This document shows positions 26,001 through 33,938 of a stretch of DNA of 33,938 nucleotides, in pieces. The translations under genes and the position numbers were made by a program. The stretch's first letter is position 1. Each line of letters starts with the position of its first letter. Under the pieces are notes generated by a model. It was given only the letters and a program-made list of their open reading frames with translations, was not told the origin of the DNA and ran no database searches. The stretch lies in NCBI GenBank assembly GCA_043228905.1, contig JBHGNT010000333.1, positions 1-33,938 on the forward strand, written 5' to 3'. Origin of the DNA: Azolla caroliniana (Eukaryota > Plantae > Polypodiophyta).

Positions 26001-29000
26001 AGAGCCGTTACATTGCTGCTCAAATGTCGCTTTGTAGCTCTGATACCACTGTTGGGTTCTTATTTTGAAATCCCCAAAAAACTTCACCACTTTAGGGTTA
26101 TGAGAGTTTTCATGGAAAGGGGGAAAAAGCTCCTAAAGAGGGAAAAAATGCCCCTGTAGTCCTAAGTGTGTTCACACACATGACTGTCCTAAGTGTGTTC
26201 ACACATTACTATCCTAAATGTGTTCACACACATCACTATCCTAAGTGTGTTCACACATCACTGTCCTAAGTGTGTTCACACACATCACTACCAAAATATG
26301 TCAAAATTGGTATCTCTATGTTTTGGTATTTTCAAACTCGTAAAGTCTCTCATAATCAACACTTTACCAACCTTCTCAAAAGCAAGTATATCATCATGTT
26401 CCAACCCAAATCTACTATAGTAGTTTAACTCTTTATAAGGAATGTGGCTATGTAGAGGTTCTCTTTGCCATTATCTTCCGCCATCGTAGGTGCTTCCCTC
26501 GCTTCGGAGACCTCTCCATTCTAGATCGACCTATGCTAGAGATCTTTTGAAGACAGAAGTTACAATATATCTAACATGAGAATCTCACATGTAGCAAAAA
26601 ACAAATTCCCCCATCTCTTGTTATCTTATTTACTATTGTATTTATCGAGTAATATTTATTTTATTGTGATTTGTTGTTCTCAAAGACGATACAACATTTA
26701 AGATGTAATCTCTTGTTTGGTCTTATAGGCCATTCTGGCCTCTTAAAAGACGTTAATATATCTTTCTTTCTTTCTTTGCCCAAATTCATCTCTATCCATA
26801 GGTATTGTGTATAATCATCATGCTATACTTGTACGTCCAATATTCACTTAGGAGTGAGGCCATATCGATTTATAAGGTAGTCGTCTATCTTAGGCATAAT
26901 TTTGCATCATGCTCCCAAGTTTCGACCAAAAATTTAACATCAACACCTCATGCTACATCACTTAGTCCCAATCCCTTATCCCATGAATATCCTCTACAAA
27001 TCTAAACAAAATTTTCAAAATTGAGGTATATGTAGTCCCATGGATCATTATTTGCTATGCATTTTGAATGCCTTTCCTAGATGCATATGCTTTCCTGTAA
27101 CGTTCTTTCTTTTTTGGAGTTCAATCCTTCGTTATAAAGAAACTTGTACTCTTGAGATACACTCTATTGCTATCTAAAATGATATCTTTTTTGTGTTTAT
27201 CTAGGATTGTACAAACAATATATCGGAAAGATGTTTCCTCTAACCTTTTCTTACCAACCCTATGTGGCACATACAATACCATCTTCCATTGCAAAACGAT
27301 CTTCCAAGAATTTGTAATATTCTTTTTTAGAGAAAGTGTATTCTTTGATTCATTGTCTTGCATGCTTCTAATAACAACTTTATTCTTTCTTCTTTCAATT
27401 TGCTCTTTTGCAACTTGTGCATTTATAGTGTTAGAATTCATTGCAAGATTTGTGTGTATTGTGGTTTTTGGTGCTTCTCTTAGGAGAACATCTTTTTGTT
27501 GACATATTTTGGTAGTGATGTGTGTGAACACACTTAGGACAGTGATGTGTGACCACACTTAAGACTACAGGGGCATTTTTTCCCTCTTTAGGAGGTTTTC
27601 TCCCCTTGTCTATAAATACTCTCATAACCCTAAACCGTGGAAAAGTTTTTGTGATTCAAAACAAGAACCCAACACTTAACTTTGTCATGATCACATCTTC
27701 CTTTGCTTCAAGTGTAGATTTCATTTCAACATTTTCCTTCATTAGCATCTCTTTTTCCACTTCTAGATTTAACATTTTTTGTTCAATTGTAGGCATCCAA
27801 TTATTTTGCATTTGAATAGTCATTTTTTTCATTGCATGTAGTTCCTCTTTCATCGTTATATTTTGAATCTCCATTCCATGTTGAAGATTTAATTCTCCTT
27901 CTTTACAAGCATGTATTTCACTTTGCAAATTTATAATTGTTTCTTGCGTAGATATATACATGGTCGCAATTTTTTCAATGGATAGATTATGCACATCCTT
28001 CTTTGGGCTTTAATTTACATCATCAATAGCTCTTGCACCTCTTGGAATATTTACTACTAGCAATGAGCCCTGATTGGTTTGGTTTGGTTTTTTTGCAGTG
28101 AAACCCAACCCAACCATTTCTAGAAAACAAAAACCAAACCAAACTGTTTATCAACTCCCAAGCCACTTAAACCAACCCTTTTACGAAAGCTAAGCCAAAC
28201 CATTCTAACCAAACTGTTTAGGGAAAAGTTGAAACCGAACTGAACCATTTAGTCACAAATTTAAACCTAACCATTTAAGTCAAATTAATTTTAATAATTT
28301 AGAATAAAAATACACTAAATTAAATAAGCATTTAAGTGAAGTTAATTAAAAAAATAAAAAAATACAATAAATTACATACCATTTAAGCTAAATTAATTAA
28401 ATAAATAGAAAGACATTAACTAAACCATTAAACCAAACCATTTAAACATATAAACCGATAAACCCAAGTTTTAGAGCGAAACTAAACTAAAACCAAAAAT
28501 ATTTGAACCAAACCAAACTGCTTAATTATATTGAACTTATCAAACTGTTAAACCATGGCTTAATGGTTCGGTTCAGTTTAAGCCGAAACTAGGCCCATAG
28601 CCATTTGCTACTAATGAATAGACAAGTAAAAGAGAATGTACCTTGTAGTTGTTGAGCGAGGTTTATGAAAATTAATCTTCAGTTCCAAGAAATGTGGACC
28701 ACAGAAACAATCAATCATAACTTATCACCACAGTATCAGCATGCACTGTCTAAACATGCATTAGAAAGCTCTCTAGAAGAGCTTTCTGAGGAGCTAAAGA
28801 ACACAACAATGATGAACTGAGCACAAAACGACAAGTGAAAACTAGTAAGGAAGGAGGAGAGACCTCAAGCTTAAGTTATATAAAGATCTAAATCTCACAT
28901 GATTATAAACGACAAACTTTAAGTTTTGTGTTTCTAAACCATAGCCATCTATGTCTAGTTAGTCTAATACCTAATGGGCCATATCAGGCCTTTGATTAAC

Positions 29001-30740
29001 GCCCTAATAATGTTATGAATTATGCTCAGTGGCCATCCATTATACAATTTGACAGTACAGTGCAAAAAAACAGGGTGAATAGGAGATCTAGAGATGCCAG
29101 AAATGAGAAACGAAAAAAAAAAAGCAAATTAATTATTTGTGCAAAGCTCTCTGCCTATATTTTATTGTTGGTGTCTCATGACATATTTGTCAATATTAAG
29201 TTCACTTTTTGGGTTTCTGAATAGGTCTCTGAATGTGGAAAATTTTCATCTGCTATCTTTTTTAATCAGGATGTTCATGACCGGGGACTACTCTACTATC
29301 GGCTTCTACGACATGGAGTTGAAACCGCTGAGCGGGTTATTAATCCTACAAAACAAGCTGTTTCTGTGTTTGCCGAGACACAAAGCAGTGAAATTAAGGA
29401 CCGGATATTTGATGAATTCAACAGTCTTGCAGTTGTTTACCAACAGGTCAAATTTTCAGATTCCTACTTTGTATTTTAGGTTAAAAGGAATCCTTTTTTG
29501 ATAAGTTAATAATTAGAATAAGCTCAAGGAGATAAATCATAAATATCTTTGATTTCAGTCACCTATTTAGTAGTATTTACCTTTCATCTGTCTATTTGTT
29601 TTCCAAGTTTTTGAAAATGTTTTGGAAATCTCAGATATTTAGCAAAAGCCCACAGATCCAGAGTAGGAGCATGAATTGCTTTTGCTAAAGCATCTTTCTC
29701 TTGGATTTTTTTATCATCTGCAGCCTTCATACATGTTCTTAGATAAAGAGCATAGAGGAGGCCCTCTTGAATTCTCAGATGATGCCGCATCGGTGACAGA
29801 ATCGACAGACACCATGTTGCCAGGTCAGAATGTGGATGCAAATGATAATGACCTCCTATTGAGTGCCTCAGAGAAGGAGGATATTAAAGCAATGGCAATA
29901 ATAAGCAATGGCTCTTCAGCTTATCATGCACCTCCCACTTCAACCGATCTGCCATTATCGAATTCACTTGTTATTACCAGTATGTTACCTCCTCCACAGT
30001 CTTCTTCCTCAGCGATTGATGACCTTCTTGGGCTGGGTGTTCCTAGCATACCTGCAGCTCCCGCTCCACTTGCTCTTGCTACGAAGCCGATCCTAAGTCC
30101 ATCAGACTTTCAACTGAAATGGAGACAGCTTCCAATTACATCTTCTCAGGTACGCATGGCCTATATAGGTATAGGTATAGGTATAGGTATAGATATAGAT
30201 ATAGATATACTTATAAGTATGTGATATATGTAGGCCATGAATGTGTAGTAACTTTACTAGGTTGTTAAATCAAGAAAATTAAAAAAGAAATAAAAATGGA
30301 AGATTCCACATTTGATAAATAAAGTACCCTGTAAACCAAAGCAGGTCAATATTTTTAAGAATGTAGACTATTTTAACTTGAAGCTATTAAAATGTAACGG
30401 GAGATTTCTCTGAAGTGTCTTTTGTTTTTATTTTTCTGCTTAGGAATATGCTTTGTCTCCTCAAGCTTTGATGAATTTGACGGGACCCCAACCGCTTCTA
30501 CGCCACATGCAAACCAAGTTAATACATTGTATTGCCTCAGGTGGCCAAGCACCAAATTTCAAGTTCTTTTTCTTTGCACAAAAATCCGCCACAGTCACTA
30601 CTTCTAGATATTTCTTGGTTGAATGCATAGTAAATCTCACGTCAAAGAAGTGCATTGTAAATTACAAGATGGATGAGCCTGATCTTTCCCAGAGTTTTGT
30701 TGAGATCTTCAAGTCGGCAATTCAAGTGTTCGGTTCATAG
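10041..30740 (+). CDS. AP4B: AP-4 complex subunit beta (beta-adaptin-like protein A), 11 exons, 838 aa
   Basis: join(10041-10099,10816-11332,14119-14243,14794-14992,15950-16178,16802-16968,17784-17993,18264-18374,29270-29446,29724-30149,30444-30740) = 2517 nt, one open frame, all introns GT-AG. Recognisable segments: [72 protein letters not shown]. Confidence 0.96.
10816..11332 (+). CDS. AP4B: AP-4 beta exon 2
   Basis: AACAG| acceptor; KGEISELK...RDVDSQ; |GTGAG donor. Confidence 0.95.
11378..11655. mobile_element. Old MITE with long terminal inverted repeats (Mutator-like) in intron 2
   Basis: Left GGGAAAGCCTCTGAAACACTCTCAGATTT..CCAAACGCCCCT pairs with the reverse complement of the right end, GTGAAAAACTCTGAGATACCCCTCAGTTT..CCAAATGCCCCT. 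No clean TSD. Confidence 0.6.
12399..12711. repeat. Tandem duplication of about 158 bp in intron 2
   Basis: TCGAATGAATAGTAA...TCTTGTT starts at 12399 and again at 12557, with scattered substitutions. Confidence 0.9.
14119..14243 (+). CDS. AP4B: AP-4 beta exon 3
   Basis: [12 protein letters not shown]...IYYLLNR; canonical splice sites. Confidence 0.95.
14794..14992 (+). CDS. AP4B: AP-4 beta exon 4
   Basis: [15 protein letters not shown]...MADVHQQ; canonical splice sites. Confidence 0.95.
15950..16178 (+). CDS. AP4B: AP-4 beta exon 5
   Basis: VYERIKAPL...ESNTYEI; canonical splice sites. Confidence 0.95.
16802..16968 (+). CDS. AP4B: AP-4 beta exon 6
   Basis: [12 protein letters not shown]...VTAETL; canonical splice sites. 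Confidence 0.95.
17094..17457. repeat. Tandem duplication of about 182 bp in intron 6
   Basis: ATATCTACATCTG...CAACCTTTAGA starts at 17094 and again at 17276. Confidence 0.9.
17784..17993 (+). CDS. AP4B: AP-4 beta exon 7
   Basis: [13 protein letters not shown]...DEDSPE; canonical splice sites. Confidence 0.95.
18264..18374 (+). CDS. AP4B: AP-4 beta exon 8
   Basis: [37 protein letters not shown]; canonical splice sites; absent from the ORF track. Confidence 0.93.
19917..20399. mobile_element. Solo LTR (483 bp) of an unrelated family inserted in the LINE RT
   Basis: TGTC...GACA termini and perfect 5-bp TSD GATAG (19912-19916 / 20400-20404). Excision restores [15 protein letters not shown]. 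Confidence 0.85.
19964..20026 (-). mobile_element. Severely 5'-truncated (TTTC)n-tailed retroposon inside the solo LTR
   Basis: GGCCTCTTAAAAGACATTAATATA(TCTT)n matches the 3' end of the 26470-26772 element; flanked by AAAGAA on both sides. Confidence 0.65.
20641..20958. repeat. Tandem duplication (about 176 bp unit, second copy internally deleted) within the LINE RT
   Basis: TATGCTTAATG..TGATTCTT starts at 20641 and 20817. The second copy lacks the segment between two CCATGAT motifs. Confidence 0.85.
21354..21684 (-). repeat. Copia 3' LTR (331 bp; 8 internal 25/27-bp units)
   Basis: TGTTG...CAACA termini; preceded on the minus strand by an AAGGGGG purine tract. Confidence 0.95.
21748..25702 (-). 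pseudogene. Copia gag-pol polyprotein, fragmented
   Basis: gag ([17 protein letters not shown]), CCHC knuckle near 24810-24850, protease [10 protein letters not shown], integrase [11 protein letters not shown] and [24 protein letters not shown] and YVDD, RNase H FSDSDWAG and ADLFTKAL. Multiple stops and frameshifts. Confidence 0.93.
26037..26048 (-). other. Primer-binding site complementary to initiator tRNA-Met
   Basis: TGGTATCAGAGC one base inside the 5' LTR. Confidence 0.93.
26050..26306 (-). repeat. Copia 5' LTR (257 bp; 5 internal units)
   Basis: Direct repeat of 21354-21684; outer terminus reads TCAAAA instead of TCAACA on the + strand. Confidence 0.95.
26470..26772 (+). mobile_element. 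303-bp non-LTR retroposon (SINE or 5'-truncated LINE) with (TTTC)n tail, inserted in the LINE endonuclease
   Basis: 8-bp TSD TCTTTGCC (26462-26469 / 26773-26780). Excision restores [12 protein letters not shown] on the minus strand. Confidence 0.75.
27497..27674 (+). mobile_element. Solo LTR of the same copia family, opposite orientation (178 bp; 2 internal units), inserted in LINE ORF1
   Basis: Reverse complement of the 21354/26050 LTRs with TGTTG...CAACA ends. Flanks CTTTT / CTTAA give only an imperfect TSD. Confidence 0.9.
28058..28603. mobile_element. Non-autonomous hAT-type element (MITE, 546 bp) with AAACC subterminal motifs
   Basis: Imperfect TIR TAGCAATGAGCC / TGGCTATGGGCC; 8-bp TSD TTTACTAC (28050-28057) / TTTGCTAC (28604-28611); many AAACC/GGTTT motifs around an AT-only core. 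Confidence 0.75.
29270..29446 (+). CDS. AP4B: AP-4 beta exon 9
   Basis: [13 protein letters not shown]...[13 protein letters not shown]; canonical splice sites; frame differs from the listed ORF 29139-29501. Confidence 0.94.
29724..30149 (+). CDS. AP4B: AP-4 beta exon 10
   Basis: [12 protein letters not shown]...[11 protein letters not shown]; canonical splice sites. Confidence 0.95.
30164..30209. repeat. (TATAGG)n(TATAGA)n hexamer microsatellite in intron 10
   Basis: Directly visible just after the exon 10 donor. Confidence 0.85.
30444..30740 (+). CDS. AP4B: AP-4 beta exon 11 (C-terminal appendage)
   Basis: [12 protein letters not shown]...SAIQVFGS*; TAG acceptor at 30441-30443. Confidence 0.95.
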   Translation, partial: EYALSPQALMNLTGPQPLLRHMQTKLIHCIASGGQAPNFKFFFFAQKSATVTTSRYFLVECIVNLTSKKCIVNYKMDEPDLSQSFVEIFKSAIQVFGS

Positions 30741-31979
30741 ATCCTATTTATATTATGTAGATTTATCTCTATTTAGTGGTTTGAAAAATCCACCAAGATA
30801 AGGGGTGCAAGGTGCAACTTTTGTCAAGATGATTGTATGATTTTCTCGAGTAGTTTAGCATCATCACCTGGAGCTTCATCTGCAGTGAAGGCACGATAAA
30901 GTATTGAGAAATGGCAACCATATAGTCTCGGTCTCAAAGAACCAACTTGGGAATGAAAAGATTCATCATCATCCATCATACAAGTTAGGTCATGCTGTGC
31001 TATCCATAGTTGCATTGTAAAACCCTAAATCTAATAAAATCACCTTGAAGTACTAGTTGAAGGTAAGTGAGGTTCCCTGATGGATATTTTTGCAGGATAA
31101 AGCCACACCCGAAGTGACAATGACCAAAGATTTTGTAATGAAAAAGATGTGCTATCTGATATGTCAATGTGATTATAGTCATTGTTTGTTTTACATTTTT
31201 TATGCGTTTCCTTCAGTTAGTTCCAACTAAAAGATCTTGTATGTGTGAAGACATGGGATCAAGAAATACATCTATTTATCTTTTTTTCATTCATATTTAT
31301 GTTATAAATGTGTGTGCGTCTTTTTGTAGACAAACCTTTAGTGGTACAGGGACTGAAAACTCAAGACAAACATAAGAAATGTAACTGGCCTTGATCACTC
31401 GAGATGAACAAGGGTAACTAGTAAATGAAAAGAGGTATCGAGCGAATTGAAAACAATTTTAAGCATGCATTCAAAAAACCAATTAGCTTATGGCAAAAAT
31501 ATGGCTTATATGCTGGAAACATGTTTTTCAGTAAAAGAGGTGTTTGGTCTTCAAAAAAATATTATGCAGAATTGTATGTATATCTACATCCAAAGGAAAC
31601 TAATGAGGATTTGAGATTGATGAACTATTGGAGTGTTATTTTGTATGCAGATAAATTGTAGGCTTTATACATCTTATTTTTTGCTCACAAAGGTGTATAG
31701 ACCATAATGTATGTATTTACCGTTGAGGAAAATATGTATTACCTTCCTCTTTATACAAGGTACATGAACTTTGATACATCACATGCCCTTTCCCTTCGGT
31801 TGTGAGATTTACCATTTGTTTTGGACCATACCCCTTGTGCATCCAATATCGGGTGAAACATGGTTCCACGATTTGGTTCGCTTGCCCAAAGCTAATTTAA
31901 ACAAATATGAGATTGCAAAATAAACCATGGTAGATACATATTGTGAGGATATGTGGTGTATGCAATAGTCATCATTTGT

Positions 31980-32330
31980 TTGGGAATAATGAGTGAAAGG
32001 AGCGTGGAAGGATTTGTTACTCAAGGGAAGATCTCATTTCTCTAATGTTGTGTACATGGAATTTTGAGAATTGGTGTGTGGCTACAGCAAAGATAAATGG
32101 TGTGGCCACTTGCAAGCAATGTGAATAAGTAGATGAAACCCTTCTCATCTATTTTGGATTTCACCCATTTGACACTTTTCATGCAACAAGTTGCCTAGTA
32201 TCTAAAATGTTCCTAGTTCACTAGTTTTGAAAGCTATTCTCGCTCTTTGGCTTTTTTACCATCTGACATTGAGGACCTTAGGTATCATTGGATGGGCTTT
32301 ATGGATAATTTAGGATGCTGCAATCAACAA
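31980..32330 (+). mobile_element. Highly degenerate LINE-1 zf-RVT remnant
   Basis: Across frameshifts: CVHGILRIGVWLQQR..TCKQCE*VDET..HLFW and GWALWII*. Boundaries uncertain. Confidence 0.5.
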
Positions 32331-33676
32331 AATTTTGGGTAATTGATTATGGTTTATATTGACTCTTTAGTTTTGCTCGTTAACATTTCCTTTCTGTTAG
32401 TTGATATCGTCTTTCAATGCAAAATGACTCAACTTATGGTTCTTGGTGGTCTAGTTATATTTGGCATCAAGTTTTTGAAGGGAGATAACACAACACCCAT
32501 AATTTTTTATGAACTTCCAAAACATCCCTCAAATTTTCAAAATACCCTCTCTTTCAAGCTTATGAATGAACACAAATGTTCGAGTGTACATAGTGCAATA
32601 GTAGAGAATGGGTTATGGAAAATGTTCTTTGCACTACATGTCAACCCTAGAGGTAAAGAGAGGAATAGTCTGTAAGCCATATGGAAAACACAACGAGAAA
32701 GCATTTCAAGGAGATCATATACTTGATTAGAATGACCACTTTTGTGAGATGTAGACAACTATAGATAAATGATGAGAATGACTTCACATAGTCTTGGTTT
32801 GAACTTTGGAAATTAGTAGATATGCAATATCCTTCATGAATTGAGTTGGATTTGTCGATTATGTGAGGTGATTTGGAGGATGAGACATGTTAGCTTATGA
32901 GAGAATCTACAACAAACATTGTGGTAACTCAAACTCATTAGTTTTCTTCAATCATCTTGGATTATAAATACAATCCCCATATTTGAGATACTAGATTGTA
33001 GAAACAAATACTAAAAATTGTAGATGTAAACGGTATAGAGTTGGAGTAGACGATAGTCTTCACTCAAATATATTATATGACCTTTTTCACAATGTTGATT
33101 ATGTTGTATGATCATGTCTAAGATGAAATAATAAAAATTCTACCTCTCTACAATTTCTAGAGACCAGGAAACACTTTTGAACATTACTTTAAAGACAACA
33201 ATTGGCCTACGAAATAAATCAGGTGAGAAAATTTATTTGCATCCAATATTAAAGAAAGTGAGACACCTCTATTTATTAGGGGTGTAGCACTATGAGGACC
33301 TCCACCCCACCAACAAGGATCAAGAAGGAGCCACGAAGAAGAGAGAACAATAAGTTGTGCCTTTTTTATTAATGACTTATTTGATGATTGTATCATGCTA
33401 CAATGTGGATCCTTTAATTGTTGTCTTCACTAATTCCCATGTCCTCATAAGGCTCATTTACATATTACAATTTACAACCCTTTAAAAGCGAACTTTTCAC
33501 ACACTTGGAGATTATCGTTATCGTTATTTACATATTGTACTTGTTTCTAAACTTTGGATTTTAATGCTTACATAATCAAGGGGTGAGGATAAAGTGTAAC
33601 AACTTTGAATCTAGAGAATGTCTTATGCCCATGGTAGTATGATGATACAAAAGCAACTCAATGGGGTTTGAAACAT

Positions 33677-33938
33677 GTTTGTCACGACGAGAGGATGAGT
33701 GGTGTTGGTGTGAGGGCTGAAGAAGATCATGAGGGGATGAGGAATAATTTTCACTTATTTTGTTGTTATTTGCATGGGACATTGGTGGTATTCAGTGAGA
33801 TGGTTGATGTGGACTGAATGACACAATTTGTCTGTTTTTAGGAGTGATGATGGTGGGGGGGATGAGAATCACACTAGACTCATTTTGTTGTTATGAGTAC
33901 AGGACCTTGGTAGTAAGTGGCGAGATGGTTGATGCAGA
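33677..33938 (-). repeat. Inverted copy of the repeat family seen at 684-1372; runs off the window edge
   Basis: Reverse complement of 33677-33815 aligns along its length with 756-896; a second core at 33919-33934. Confidence 0.8.

Larger units (their letters stand above)
21354..26306 (-). mobile_element. Full-length (4953 bp) but decayed Ty1/copia LTR retrotransposon
   Basis: LTRs at 21354-21684 and 26050-26306; TSD TTGGT (21349-21353 / 26307-26311); PBS TGGTATCAGAGC; domain order gag-PR-IN-RT-RH. Confidence 0.97.
18602..28870 (-). mobile_element. Degenerate LINE (ORF1 + APE endonuclease + RT + CCHC; RTEX/CR1-like) filling intron 8, split by five later insertions
   Basis: ORF1 coiled coil then [31 protein letters not shown] (27121-28050). 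Endonuclease YLWIEMNLG|[16 protein letters not shown] (26330-26830). [15 protein letters not shown] (about 20840-20877), GVKQGCPLS|[15 protein letters not shown]-terminal RTHSHKL..CVTC..E*YH..C. 3' end in (ATCTA)n near 18602. The 5' boundary is approximate. Confidence 0.8.

Noticed and set aside
29139-29501. 120-aa ORF overlapping exon 9
   Set aside because: Wrong frame; the conserved adaptin sequence DVHDR... is in another frame bounded by splice sites.
30741-31950. Short ORFs downstream of the adaptin stop as a separate gene
   Set aside because: No recognisable domains or coherent exon chain; consistent with 3' UTR and intergenic DNA.

Overview
Eukaryotic, AT-rich land-plant genomic DNA; a non-seed plant is likely but that is inference only. 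The single intact host gene is an 11-exon AP-4 complex beta subunit (beta-adaptin-like protein A; + strand, 10041-30740, 838 aa after splicing, all introns GT-AG). Its 10.9-kb intron 8 is almost entirely a stack of nested transposons. An antisense LINE (ORF1, endonuclease, RT, CCHC) is split by five insertions: a full-length Ty1/copia with TTGGT target-site duplication (TSD), a solo LTR of the same family, an unrelated solo LTR, a (TTTC)n-tailed retroposon and a hAT-type MITE. The most unusual region is upstream, at 1-6000. It holds a six-exon, now-decayed gene encoding a ParB-like domain fused to a bacterial/phage-type beta-class amino (N6-adenine or N4-cytosine) DNA methyltransferase. That gene lies head-to-head with a stand-alone zf-RVT ORF and is flanked by a tandem-repeat family, which reappears inverted at the far end of the window, and by duplicated fragments of a plastidic glucose transporter gene. 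A truncated copia and an L1 3' remnant separate this module from the adaptin promoter. All family assignments come from motif recognition by eye; no database search was run.
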